This document shows, piece after piece, positions 37,880 through 50,929 of a stretch of DNA of 64,000 nt. The DNA comes from Malacoraja senta. Taxonomy: Eukaryota. The stretch is from positions 1,242,001 through 1,306,000 of the forward strand of contig CM075997.1 of assembly GCA_038087875.1 (NCBI GenBank), given 5' to 3'. The translations under genes were made by a program, and so were the position numbers. The notes beneath the pieces are model-generated. The model saw nothing but the letters and a program-made list of their open reading frames with translations. It ran no database searches and had not been told where the DNA came from. Positions within the stretch are counted from its first letter, which is position 1. Every line of letters begins with the position of its first letter.

Positions 37880-39150
37880 TTGTGTGTCTCTGTGTTTTGT
37901 GCTGTGTGTGTCTCTGTGTCTGTGTGTGTCTCTGTGTCTGTGTGTGTCTCTGTGTCGGTGTGTGTCTCTGTGTCGGTGTGTGTCTCTGTGTCGGTGTGTG
38001 TGTCTGTCGGTGTGTGTGTCTGTCGGTGTGTGTGTCTGTCGGTGTGTGTGTCTGTCGGTGTGTGTGTCTGTCGGTGTGTGTGTCTGTCGGTGTGTGTGTC
38101 TGTCGGTGTGTGTGTCTGTCGGTGTGTGTGTCTGTCGGTGTGTGTGTCTGTCGGTGTGTGTGTCTGTCCGTGTGTGTGTCTGTCCGTGTGTGTGTCTGTC
38201 CGTGTGTGTGTCTGTCCGTGTGTGTGTCTGTCCGTGTGTGTGTCTGTCCGTGTGTGTGTCTGTCCGTGTGTGTGTCTGTCCGTGTGTGTGTCTGTCCGTG
38301 TGTGTGTCTGTCCGTGTGTGTGTCTGTCCGTGTGTGTGTCTGTCCGTGTGTGTGTCTGTCCGTGTGTGTGTCTGTCCGTGTGTGTGTCTGTCCGTGTGTG
38401 TGTCTGTCCGTGTGTGTGTCTGTCCGTGTGTGTGTCTGTCCGTGTGTGTCCGCTGTGTGTGTCCGCCTGTGTGTGTCCGCCTGTGTGTGTCCGCCTGTGT
38501 GTGTCCGCCTGTGTGTGTCCGCCTGTGTGTGTCCGCCTGTGTGTGTCCGCCTGTGTGTGTCCGCCTGTGTGTGTCCGCCTGTGTCTGTGTCCGCCTGTGT
38601 CTGTGTCCGCCTGTGTCTGTGTCCGCCTGTGTCTGTGTCCGCCTGTGTCTGTGTCCGCCTGTGTCTGTGTCCGCCTGTGTCTGTGTCCGCCTGTGTCTGT
38701 GTCCGTCTGTGTCTGTGTCCGTCTGTGTCTGTGTCCGTCTGTGTCTGTGTCCGTCTGTGTCTGTGTCCGTCTGTGTCTGTGTCCGTCTGTGTCTGTGTCC
38801 GTCTGTGTCTGTGTCCGTCTGTGTCTGTGTCCGTCTGTGTCTGTGTCCGTCTGTGTCTGTGTCCGTCTGTCTGTCTGTGTCCGTCTGTCTGTCTGTCTGT
38901 GTGTGTCTGTCTGTCTGTCTGTGTGTGTCTGTCTGTCTGTCTGTCTGTGTGTGTCTGTCTGTGTGTGTCTGTCTGTCTGTCTGTCTGTCTGTGTGTGTCT
39001 GTGTGTGTGAGTGTCTGTCTGTGTGTGTCTGTCTGTGTGTCTGTCTGTGTGTGTGTCTGTGTGTGTGTCTGTCCGTGTCTGCCTGTGTGTGTCTGTCTGT
39101 GTGTGAGTGTCTGTCTGTGTGTCTGTCTGTGCCTCTCTGCCCCTCTGTGC
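37880..39150. repeat. GT-derived compound minisatellite
   Basis: Blocks of 14-18-bp units built from TG, TCTG and CCG; source of the spurious 370-480-aa ORFs. Confidence 0.97.
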
Positions 39151-42100
39151 CTGTTGAATTTCCACATTCAGGTGTGTTCCTTTGAGGAAAATCTCAAACT
39201 GGGTATCACCCTGGAAGTGCGACGAGATTACGTTTTACATGTTTAAACTTTTTTTTAATCATAACTCGCCTGTTATTTTGGCGTTAGTCCAGGCACTCCA
39301 CCTCCCTTCCCCATCCTTCACTTTGTCCTGAACTATTGGCAAGGCCACTTAGACCATGACATTTTGCTGGTTAAAATGAATGGGTAAGACCATCAAGTGG
39401 TGTTGTGCAAATTCTTATCTTGTGTCAGCACAGACATGGAATCTCCACACCGTCATTTGCTCTGATTTTCTGTCTATACATGGAAGCTGATGTTCGCGGG
39501 TATTATTATGTTGTGTTGTAGTCCACACATTACATGTGTGGGAAGGAACTGTAGACAGACACTAAACGCTGGAGTAACTCAGCAGGACAGGCAGCATCTC
39601 TGGAGAGAAGGGGTGGGTGACCTTTTGGGTCAAATCCCTTCTTCAGATTCTGGTTTACAACTAAGACAGACACAAAGTGGACACACACCTTGACCTGAAA
39701 CATCACCTGTTCCTTTTCTCCAGAGTTGCTGCTTGACCCATAGTTACTCCAGTATTTTGTGTCTATCCATGGTTTTACTTACGGGTCTGGCTTTAAATTT
39801 GTTCCAGAGTCATTGTGATATTTACTCTCTTCACTATTGTGGTCATTTACAATTCCCATTTTTTTCCCCCTCTGTGAATTCCCATTTTAAATTCTGCACG
39901 TATAAATATTTGGGGGGGGGGGGGGGGTTTGCACGCCCAGGCCCGCCTTTACCCAACCCTTTGTTTCTCTGCCCGTGTAAATCTATCTGCAGCCTAACTA
40001 CAAGCTGGCTCACTGCCCAGCTTGCCACTGAATGAAATATTGTACTCGTGTCTGTAGCCCCTGATTCACAGTGAGTGAGTAAGCCCCATGGGACTTGTGC
40101 TGTACTGCTTCCAATTTGACGGTTGCATTGTGAAAGCCGTGTGGTTTTTTTCTGTCTTGCCCGTAGTACATAAAGAGACCACTCAGCACTTGTCATCAAG
40201 GCTGCAGGGTTGATATCGATTGAATTGTTCATAACCTATTTTTATTTCATGTGATTCAACAAACCTGGGCTTTGGGGCAGCTCCCCTGCCTTTCATTAGT
40301 TTAGTTTAGAGAGGCAGTGCAGAAACAGGCCCTTCGGCCCACAGTGTCTGTTTTGTTAACTAGACACCTGTAGTTTCCCTCTCCACTGACGCTCAGTCCG
40401 AAGAAGGGTCTCGACCCGAAACGTCACATATTCCTTCTCTCCAGAGATGCTGCCTGACCCGCTGAGTTACTCCAGCATTTTGTGTCTATCTTTGCCTTAT
40501 GAACAGTTAATTTAGTTTAATTTATTTTTGTCAGATGTGAGATACAATAAAAGGAATAGATTCTCTCCGCTCCGTATAATACTATAAGGGCAGCATGGTG
40601 GCACAGCGGTAGAGTTGCTGCCTTACAATGCAAGAGATCTGGATTAGTATAAGTATTAATATTAACGTTATTGTCATTTCACTGAGTGCTTACATACACA
40701 GAAGAAACAAAAAATTGTTTCTCCTCAGTTTTTGTCAGTGCAATTAATAAAAACAGAATAAATACATACAACTTTAAAATTAACATATCTGAAATAGACC
40801 TAAAATTGAACTAAAAAACAGACATTCAGACCGATTCGATCCTGACTACGGCCGCTTGTCTGTACGGAATATGTACGTTCTCCCCGTGACCTGCGTGGGT
40901 TTTCCCCGGGATCTCCGGTTTCCTCCCACACTCCAATGACGTGCAGGTTTGTAGGTTAATTGCCTTCGGTGAAATTGTCCCTAGTGTGCGTGGGATAGTG
41001 TTGATGTGCGGGGATCGCTGGTCGGCGCGGACCTGGTGGGCTAGACATAGCGTTGTCACGTTTATCCAGCCCTCCCTTGAAGTGTTTTGACACTATTCAC
41101 TTTCAACATTCATTATGGGCACAACGTCCACACCCTGCCCACTCTCACAGTAAAGCAGCTTCCCTGAACTCTCCAGTTGTCACTGTGTGGTATTTATTCC
41201 CTCTTGCGCAAGTGAAACTTATCTCTTCACCACATCTACCATGCCAAAATCTTTTCATAACCTTAAAGGACTCTATCATGTTGCCCCAGGATTTATTTTG
41301 AGAAAAGACTTCCAGCCTGTTTGATCAGGTCTAGTAGTCTGCTGAGCCGGTGAAAATTGCAAATGGTTTCTATTTTAATTTAGTTTAGATATAGTGCGGA
41401 AACAGGCCCTTCAGCCCGTGCCGTCCAGCGATTCCTGCATATTAATACTATCCGACATACTTTACAATTTTACCGAGCCAATTAGCCTACAAACCTATCG
41501 GCCTTTGGAGTGTGGGAGGAAACCGGAGCACCCGGAGGAAACCCACACAGGTCACGGGGAGAATGTACAAACTCTGTACAGACAGCACCTGTGGTCAGGT
41601 TCAGGATGGAATCCGGGTCTCTGGCGCTGTGAGGTAACAACTCGACCGCAGCCCTTCACACCATGGCAAAGGGGCCTGTTGGTTGACTTTCTGTGCAGCA
41701 TTCCACTGGGGCGTTTGCTGGCGTCGGAGAATGCTCGCGTAAGGGTTACCAGGGGGCTGCATCTCCATCTCTGGGCCACACAGGTGGTCCTGTTACAAGT
41801 TGCAGCACATGTCGGAGCGCTCAGACCCACCCGTGGACTTGGAAAGAAGATAGACGCAGAGTTGCTGGTTGAAGAAGGGGCCTGACCCGGAAAATCACTC
41901 CGCTTTTTTCCCCCCCCAGAGACACTGCCTGACCCGTTGAGTTACTCCAGCACATTGTGTCTATCTTCCAAACCAACCAGCATCTGCAGTTCCTTTCTAC
42001 ATGCTTGGAATGAATGTAGAATGGAACTGATCCTGGTGTTGTCAAACCATGTAAAAGCTTGCTCAGACTACCATGACTATGGTACGGTATGGAACTTTAT

Positions 42101-42189
42101 TTGTCACGTGGACAGATGTACAGTGAGATTCATTTTTGTATACAGTTCAGTCCAAGTATCACTCCACATAAGCTCATATTACCACCACT

Positions 42190-42480
42190 GCCTCACCTGG
42201 AAAGACTGTCAGGGTCCTTGGATGGAGTCGAGGGGGGAGGTAAAGGGATAGGTGTTGCATCTCCTGCGGTTGCAGGGGAAAGTACCTGGGGAGGGGGTGG
42301 TTTGGGTGGGAGTTGACCAGGGAGTTTGTTTCCGAGGGAACGGTCTCTGCAGAAAGCAGACGGTTGGAGATGGGAAGATGTGGCCAGTGGTGGGATCCCG
42401 TTGGAGGTGGCGAAAATGTTGGAGGGTTATGTGCTGTATGTGACGGCTGATGGGGTGGAAGGGGGGTTCCTTGGTAATTA
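42190..42480 (-). mobile_element. Penelope-like RT-endonuclease linker fragment abutting the gap
   Basis: Minus strand reads FRHLQRDPTTGHIFPSP...PGTFPCNRRRCNT...QVRQ, the Cys-rich linker preceding the GIY-YIG domain. Confidence 0.75.
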
Positions 42481-42482
42481 TT

Positions 42483-42682
42483 NNNNNNNNNNNNNNNNNN
42501 NNNNNNNNNNNNNNNNNNNNNNNNNNNNNNNNNNNNNNNNNNNNNNNNNNNNNNNNNNNNNNNNNNNNNNNNNNNNNNNNNNNNNNNNNNNNNNNNNNNN
42601 NNNNNNNNNNNNNNNNNNNNNNNNNNNNNNNNNNNNNNNNNNNNNNNNNNNNNNNNNNNNNNNNNNNNNNNNNNNNNNNNNN
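42483..42682. other. Assembly gap (200 N)
   Basis: Run of exactly 200 N; the round number suggests a placeholder of unknown true size. Confidence 0.99.
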
Positions 42683-44908
42683 GTACGGGTAGTTGGTATA
42701 AACTCTATAGAGACAGCACCTGTAGTCTGTCTGGCTGGAACCTGGGACTGGCGCTGTAAGGCAATAACTCTACCACTGTGCCACTGTGCTGCCTATCTCG
42801 ATAACATCCTGGTGAATTTCTTCTGCACCCTTTCCATGTTAAAGGCACCCTTCCCACAGCTGATGACAAGTTGAGATTTACCCTACTGTGGAAGGCTGGA
42901 AAGTTTTGGTTCAAAGTTGCGGGAGGAATGAGATCAGAATTTCTTTATTTGTGTTGACATTTGCGACGTTTCAAAATTGAAAACACATTCTTCCAGTGGT
43001 TTAATGGTTTCTGTGAACACTGTCTCCCTGCATGTTGGGACATGCATGGTGTTTTGAGTTCATTAAAATGGGGGAACCAGCCAGCAATCTGTCAGCCCAG
43101 CATTGGGATCCATTGTTTACGCTGATCGCTCTTGGCAAATGGACAGCCTGTTCTGGGCCTGCACAGAAAAGGCTCCAGTGAGAACACTAAATGGAAGCAA
43201 TAAAAGAAAACCAGAGTTCATATTTCAAGGAATGAAATATTTTCTTTGCGAACTTATTGTTTGTGGGGAAAAAAAAAAATTCATATAGAGACAATTATTG
43301 TATTAAAGATAGACACAGTGCCGGAGTAACTCAGCAGTCAGGCAGCATCTCGGGAGAAATAAATGGCTGACATTTCGGGTCGGGACCTTTCTTCATCCCG
43401 ACCCGAAACGCCAGCCGTCCTTTTTCTCCAGAGGTATTGCCTGAGCCCCTGAGTTACTCCAGCTATCTGCCTTTGGTATTAACCAGCATCTGCAGTTCCT
43501 TGAATGACTGCATTGCCTCTCTTCCTAATGGCAATTTCCTTACTTACACCCTCATGTATCGGTTTGCTTTTTGTTGCCGTGGGTACGGAGATACAGTGAC
43601 ATGCTTGCGCTGCATGCTATCCAGTCAAATCAGATCGTATCATACGATAGATAGATCCTCTCCTGGAAAAGCCCACAGAGTCGCCACGTTCCGGTGCCAT
43701 CTTTCAACTTCCAAGTCATAAGTTCTAGGAGCAGAATTAGGCCATTCGGCCCATCAGGTCTAATCCGCCATTCTATCATGGCTGATCTATCTCTCCCTCT
43801 CAACCTCATTCCCCTGATCTTGGTCCAAGGAGATCTGCGTTTAAAAAAAATATTCGTCACTATAAGGCCCGGTGTCGAGGTCGGGTCGGGTCGGGCCGGC
43901 CGAGCGCGATGCCGTCACCTCCTTCCGCCATCACACCGTGCAGCTGCCGCAGGCTGCGCTCTATCCGCTGGCTCGCCAGGCCGCTGCAACACCGTGCAGT
44001 GTACCCTCCCCTTCTGTGTGGGGTCGACTGGCTCCCCTTCCCCCCCTCCCCAATCTTTGCACATCCCCAATCCTGGACCTTCCACTCATCACTTTAATAT
44101 CATGTATCTTGTTGTATTGTATGGCTGATGGCCGACCAATTTCACTCCAGGGGTAAATAAAGTTCTGCTGTATCCCATCAGTATATCAGTGCAGTTTGAC
44201 TTGGATTTGGAAATTTAGTTTCGTTTATTGTCACGTGTACCGAGGTACAGCGAAAAGCCTTTATGTTGCATGCTATCCAGCGAAATGATTACTATCAAGC
44301 CGTCCACAGTATACAGATACAGGATAAAGGGAATAACGTTTAGTGCAAGATAAAGTCCAGTATAGTCCGATTAAAGATAGTCCGAGGGTCTCCAATGAGG
44401 TAGATGGGAGGTCAGGACCGCTCTCCAGTTGGTGATAGGATGGTTCAGTTGCCTGACACCAGCTGGAAAGAAACTGTTCCTGAGTCTGTAAATGGACACT
44501 TTGCAGGTTGTTACCTCTCCAAACTGACTTAGACAATAGGGGCAGGAGTAGGCCATTCGGCCCTTCGAGCCAGCACCACCATTCAATGTGATCATGGCTG
44601 ATCATCCCCGATCAGTACCCCGTTCCTGCCTTCTCCCCATATCCCCTGACTCCGCTATCTTTAAGAGCCCTATCTAGCTCTCTCTTGAAAGCGTCCAGAG
44701 AACCTGCCTCCACCCGCCCTCTGAGGCAGAGAATTCCACAGACTCACTGCTCTCTGTGAGAAAAAGTGTTTCCTCGTCTCCGTTCTAAATGGCTTACCCC
44801 TTATTCTTAAACAGTGTGGCCCCTGGTTCTGGGCTCCCCCCAACATCGGGAACATGTTTCCTGCCTCTAGCGTGTCCAAACCCTTAACAATCTTATATGT
44901 TTCAATGA

Positions 44909-45079
<171 letters not shown>

Positions 45080-46072
45080 TAATCTTGTTATCCCCATCAG
45101 AACGGATTTCAAATTGCACATTAGAGTATGCAAAAATATATTGAAGTGTATCTGGGTCCTGGGCGGGAGTGTAGGAAGGAACTGCAGATGCTGGTTTATA
45201 CTGAAGCAAGGCACAGACAATAGACAATAGGTGCAGGAGTAGGCCATTCGGCCCTTCGAGCCAGCACCGCCATTCAATGTGATCATGGCTGATCATCCCC
45301 AATCAGTACCCCGTTCCTGCCTTCTCCCCTGACTCCGCTATTTTTAAAAGCCCTATCTAGCTCTCTCTTGAAAGCAGCCAGAGGACCTGCCTCCACCGCC
45401 CTCTGAGGCAGAGAATTCCACAGACTCACAACTCTGTGAGAAAAAGTGTTTCCTCGTCTCCGTTCTAAATGGCTTACTCCTTATTCTTGCACTGTGGCCC
45501 TGGTTCTGGACTCCCCCAACATCGGGAACATGTTTCCTGCCTCTAGCGTGTCCAAACCCTTAACAATCTTATATGTTTTAATGAGATACCCTCTCATCCT
45601 TCTAAACTCCAGAGTGTACAAGCCCAGCTGCTCCACTCTCTCAGCATATGACAGTCCCGCCATCCCGGGAATTAACCTTGTAAACCTACGCTGCACCTCA
45701 CTCAATAGCAAGAATGTCCTTCCAGGTGCTGGAGTAACTCAGCGGGTCAGGCAGCATCTCTGGAGAAAATGGACGGGTGATGTTTCCGGTGACCTGTTAC
45801 CCCAGCGCCACTCCTCTGTACTAGCCCCATGTTTAGTTTAGAGATACGGATCAGAAACAGGCCCTTCGGCCCACCGAGTCCGCGCCGACCAGCAATCCCC
45901 ACACATTAACCTACACACACACACACGAGGGACAATATACAATTTTACCTAGCCAATTAACCTACTAAACAGTTACGTCTTTGGAGTGTGGGAGGAAACC
46001 AGAGATCCCGGGGAAAACTCCGTACATACAGCACCCGTAGTCGGGATCAAACGAGGGTCTCCAGCGCTGTAA

Positions 46073-46614
46073 TGCCCCTGTCCCACTTAGGAAACCTCTG
46101 GAGACTTTACGCCCCACCCAAGGTTTCCGTGCGGTTCCCGGAGGTTTTTGTCAGTCTCCCTAATGGTCGAAAGTGGTTTCCGCTTCTTCTATGTTCTGGC
46201 GATTATTTCAAAAAATTCAAAACCATCCGCGACTAAATATAAGTTGCCGTTTTAAAAATCGGTAATTTTTTAGTTGAAGGTTGCAAGTAGTGGAAGGTAA
46301 GACCTCCCTGGTGGAATAAAACTGGGTGAAAAAAAGGTCTTACCTTCCACTACCAGCAACCTCCAGCAACCACCTTCAACTAGCATCGCAACCGGCGTTG
46401 ACTAAAAAATTACCGATTTTTAAAACAGCAACCGATTTTTAGTCGCGGCCGGTTTTGAATTTTTTGAAATAATCGCTGGAACATAGAAGAAGCGGAAACC
46501 ACTTTCGACCATTAGGGAGACTGACAAAAACCACCGGGAACCGCGCGGAAACCTTGGGTGGGGCGCAAAGTCTCCAGAGGTTTCCGTTCAGGTTTCCTAA
46601 GTGGGACAGGGGCA
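46073..46614. mobile_element. ~540-bp fold-back MITE inserted in a V-SINE
   Basis: TGCCCCTGTCCCACTTAGGAAAC...GTTTCCTAAGTGGGACAGGGGCA; the SINE sequence gcgctgtaa|ggcagcaactc is split around it. Confidence 0.85.
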
Positions 46615-46779
46615 TTAGGCAGCAACTCTACCGCTGCGCCACCATTCAGCCCCTTTAAATTAAAAAAAAAATCATAAGTAAATATTGCCCCTAAAACTGA
46701 GCATATTGAATAAAGATGTTTCTATTCAAAGAAAATGAGACTGCTGTGGTCCTAGTCTCCCTCTCTCCCCATTACAATC

Positions 46780-46814
46780 AGTCTGAAGAAGGGTTCTGAC
46801 CCGAAACGTCACCT
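46780..46814 (+). ncRNA. Minimal hammerhead motif in a Penelope terminal repeat (PAK4 intron, sense)
   Basis: agtCTGAAGAagggttctgacccGAAAcgtcacc. Confidence 0.62.
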
Positions 46815-47550
46815 GTCCGTGTTCTCCAGGGATGCTGCCTGACTCGCTCTGTGTCTGTCTTTGAGACTTCTACTGCTACCCTTGCTGGAAACTAGGGGGT
46901 GGGAAGGAGTTGTTGTCTGTTCAGTTTAGTTTATTGTCACGTGTACTGAGGTACAGTGAAAAGCCTCTGTTGCGTGCTAACCAGGTAGCGGAAAGACTAC
47001 TTGCTTACAATCGAGCCATTTACAGTGTATAGATACACGATAAGGGCATGATGTTTAGTCCAAGGTAAAGCCAGCAAAGTCCGATCAAGGATAGTCCGAG
47101 GGTCACCAATGAGGTAGATAGTAAATGAGGACCGCTCTCTGGTTGTGGTAGGATGGTTCAGTTGCCTGATAACAGCCGGGAAGAAACTCCCTAAATCTGG
47201 AGGTGTGCATTTTCACACTTTTTATTTATTTTTGCCCGATGGGAGAGGGGAGAAGAGGGAGTTCCTTGTTTATGCTGGTGGCCTTGCCGAGGTGTCAATT
47301 AAGTCGATGGATGATAGCTCTGAGTGAGGTTGTGATTTATTTGTGTTTTGAGAGTGAGGGAGAAAGAAAAGGAATTTAATCTTTAGACTGTAACTTTGTA
47401 TAAGAATGTTTCCAACTGTTGCATTTAGCACCGGTGTTATCTGATCGCGGCCTTGCATTCTGACAACTTTGTTGAACCCATGAACCTTTCCATCAGTTAC
47501 TTTGAGTTGCGTGGGTTTTGGGTGAAAGGGGTTGCCGTATTGCCTGCTAA

Positions 47551-47787
<237 letters not shown>

Positions 47788-47790
47788 TAA

Positions 47791-48099
47791 AGCCCCTGTC
47801 CCACTTTCCCGAGTTACTCACGAACTCTCCCGCGTTTTCCCCTTGATTCGAACTCAGAGAATTACGGTAATAGCCGTTCGTAGGTACTCGGGGCTATTTT
47901 ATTTTACTCGTGGACATTTTCAACATGTTGAAAAAACGTGCTAACTTACCTGATGCCCCGAGTTCCTACGGCTGGCATTACGAGCCGATATGAAACTTCT
48001 ACAGACTCCTACGGGCTCGCTGCCGACATTACCCGAGTTCGAATCAAGGGGAAAACTCGAGAGTGTTTGTGAGTAACTCGGGAAAGTGGGACAGGGCCT
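47791..48099. mobile_element. MITE of the 29927 family, in the last PAK4 intron
   Basis: agcccctgtcccactttcccgag...ctcgggaaagtgggacagggcct. Confidence 0.82.
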
Positions 48100-48837
48100 A
48101 TATTACAGCATAGAAACCGGTCCTTTGGCCCACTGAGTCCACTCCCGTTGTTCCTTCTGGCCCTTGGATCTACCCTGATCCCCAATCATTCAATCAAGGC
48201 GGCGTGGAGTTGCTGCCTTACAGCGCTTGCAGCGCCGGAGACCCGACTACGGGCACTGTCTGTACGTTCTCCCCGTGACCGCGTGGGTTTTCTCTCAGAT
48301 CTTCGGTTTCCGCCCACACTCCGAAGACGTGCAGGTTTGTAGGTTGATTGGCTTGGTCTATGTGTCAATTGTCCCCAGTGTGTGTAGGATAGTGTTAGTG
48401 TGCGGGGATCGCTGGTCAGTGCGGACTCGGTGGGCCGAAGGGCCTGTTTCCGCGCTGTAAGGTCAGTACCTGTGATGGACCGACCGGGCAGTGTCTGCCG
48501 CTTGAAGCCGCCACTGCAATTACCAGCAGAAAGTACAACACGAGGTCACAAGTGATTAGGCCATTCAGCCCATCACGTCTACTCTGCCATCCAATCATGG
48601 CTGATCTATCTCTCCCTCCTAACCCCATTCTCCTGCCTTCTCCCATAATCCCCGACACCCGCACCAATCAAGAATCTATCTATCTCTGCCGTAAAAGATA
48701 TCCTCCGACTTGTTCTCTACTGCCTTCTGTGGCAAAGAATCCCACAGAGGGTGCAGCATGTCTCTCTGGAATTGAACCCCCTGTTGTTGTTGAATTGTCG
48801 ACTGAACCCTGTCTCTCCCTGATCTCTTCTCCCCCAG

Positions 48838-48993
48838 GTCTCGCCCCTCCTGAAGGGGTTTCTGGAGCGGCTGCTGGTTCGGGACCCGTCGCAGCGAGCG
48901 ATGGCGACGGAGCTACTGAAGCACCCCTTCCTGAGCAAGGCAGGCCACTCCTCCTGCATCGTACTACTGATGAGAATGAACCGGACTAAATGA
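48838..48993 (+). CDS. PAK4: PAK4-like kinase, last coding exon
   Basis: Polypyrimidine tract, cccccag|[54 protein letters not shown] with TGA at 48991-48993; resembles the PAK4 C-terminus. Confidence 0.92.
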   Translation, partial: VSPLLKGFLERLLVRDPSQRAMATELLKHPFLSKAGHSSCIVLLMRMNRTK

Positions 48994-49079
48994 GCAAGCA
49001 AGTTTGTGAGTTAGCGAGCACGACTGGGAGAGAAGAAAATCTGTGATTTTTTTAAAAACTAGGAAGCCTATATCTCATA

Positions 49080-49085
49080 AATAAA
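49080..49085 (+). promoter_or_regulatory. Candidate proximal polyadenylation signal of PAK4
   Basis: AATAAA about 90 nt after the stop codon. U/AU-rich unique sequence continues to ~51720, so a longer 3'UTR is also plausible. Confidence 0.3.
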
Positions 49086-49813
49086 ACATTTGGCATTTAC
49101 GAGAGCCGGGTCTTTGCTGTCTGGGCCTGCGAGATGTCGTCTCTGTGGGGAAATGCTGTTCCCAACTGCACCTCCCATCGGGACCTTGACACTGCTGTTT
49201 CTCAAAGGGGCAGAACCGCAACGGAGAGATATCGATACTACTGAACGCCGACTGTTTGTTCCGATTTGTAACGTGTAACTTAAAAGAAAAAGACTATTGA
49301 CGGCTGAGTAACGTAGTTTATATGCTTCTACAACAGCTGAGAGGAACTACACTGGAATTTTATATAATTATAAAAAAAAAGTGTGTATATTTCACTACTA
49401 AATCAAGATTTGATTTTTTAAACTGTTAATAAGACGTGACAGCTGCACCAGTAAGATGCATGCAACTAGGGAGAGGGGTGTTCCTGACCTTTTGCGGGGT
49501 TTGTTGGGATATTGGTAGATCCAGGAGGCCTTGTTTAACGACTCCAACATCACGTTGGACTGCATGGTCGCCCAAGTTTGGTTTTCCTATAGATCTGTGT
49601 TTTCATTTTATAAAGTGTGCAGGATTTGAGCCGGTTGTGGAGACTACGTTTAAAGTCTAGTCTCGTTTTGCATGACATCCATCAACCACTGCATCGTAAG
49701 TCTCGAAGCCGACTCCACTGTGAATTCTGTAGGAGGTGAAGTCTACACAATGGTAGCTGGTGATCACCAGCGCTGGACATTCCCTCTTCACCACCTCCCG
49801 ACATCAATGTGTT

Positions 49814-49949
49814 CTTCTTGTGTATGGCGTGCACAGCCTAAAGTTGTAGGACAACTTGTTCTATTTGACCTTGTTTGATTGTGCACGCCGGGTCGATTGC
49901 ATTTGTCGAAACAGGGCGGACCACGTGAAGGTTGCAATCTCCCACCCCC
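49814..49949 (-). mobile_element. Second copy of the ribozyme-headed short retroposon
   Basis: 12-bp TSD catcaatgtgtt at 49802-49813 and 49950-49961; reverse complement aligns with 36987-37111; ends GCCATACACAAGAAG. Confidence 0.85.
49895..49948 (-). ncRNA. Minimal HDV-like self-cleaving ribozyme (predicted), copy 2
   Basis: Minus strand: GGGGTGG GA GATTGCA ACC TTCACGT GGT CCGCCCT GTTTCGA CAAA TGCAATC. G1.U wobble at the base of P1; all helices intact; J4/2 CAAA. Confidence 0.82.
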
Positions 49950-50929
49950 CATCAATGTGTTGAAGGCAGGGGTCAGGAGGGCTCCGACACTGAGTGAATT
50001 TCACAGCCTTGGAAAGTTTAATCGGGAAACGAGCCAGGAACACAGAACAGATGATGAAACCGCGGCAACTTCTACCCCGATAACAGCAGGATAATTACCG
50101 ATAACAGCAGGATAATTTTTCCGGTGAAATGCAATGAGTGCAGGATGGCGACGTCAAGGTGATGCACGTGAAAAATCACTCGCAGTCACTTGCAGCGGTG
50201 TGGCCACTTGTCTCAGGAGGGAAGCTATCTGTTCACCCACACCCTGCAGGTAGACTGTGAAGAGACAGGGCAGGAGGGTGAGACTCGTGCTGTCTGATCC
50301 CACTATAACATGAGCCAGAGTCCGATCCCTAGTGTGACCATATCTCCAGCATGTGCCAGTCCCTTTAACCAGCCCGGTTCTTGCTTTAGGTAAACCATTT
50401 CATCCTTTCAACCAAAATATTGTAAAACCCCATTCTAAGTTCCGTCTGTCTCAGAGTAATCTTAAGAGTTTGTCTCGAGAGTTAGGAATTGCTGATGCAC
50501 TTTTTGTATGCAGGTCAGAAGGATTGGCTGAGGAAATGTATTTTCTTGTAACGCTAGCCGGCAGATTGATCCGTCCTTTGCACCAGAGCAGCAGGGTGGG
50601 ATGCCGATCTGAAAAGCTTCTACATTGAAGGAGGGCAACAGCTATCATGATGTATTTCACCAAAATCCCAGCAGTCCCAAATATCTTGATATTGAAGTAA
50701 CTTTCTGACAATTACAAAATAGTTTGGACCTTAGATTTATTGGAGCTAACTGGCTGGGATTTTGGGTGTGAAGATTAATGTGAGAGGATTTGTTTTGACG
50801 TAACCCAGGTTTATGTCCGATATGAACTACTGTCCGATGAGGCTGGAGGGATTCTGTGACCAGTACTGACTGCTGGCCAGACTTCACTGGGGCTGCCCTC
50901 TATTCCAGCAGTTAGGGTTGAGAGCATCT

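Noticed and set aside
37731..39246. Five long ORFs (376-478 aa) rich in CV or HT
   Set aside because: Translations of a low-complexity minisatellite that lacks stop codons.
40396..40428. Hammerhead-like motif
   Set aside because: Core reads CCGAAGA instead of CTGAAGA, so it is treated as a decayed copy.
41650..41870. GC-rich unique stretch considered as a missing PAK4 exon
   Set aside because: No frame resembles the PAK linker start or kinase motifs.
48552..48989. 145-aa ORF overlapping the last exon
   Set aside because: Different frame from the kinase exon and starts in CR1 debris.
50077..50117. 21-bp tandem duplication ccgataacagcaggataatta
   Set aside because: Two copies only; ordinary slippage.
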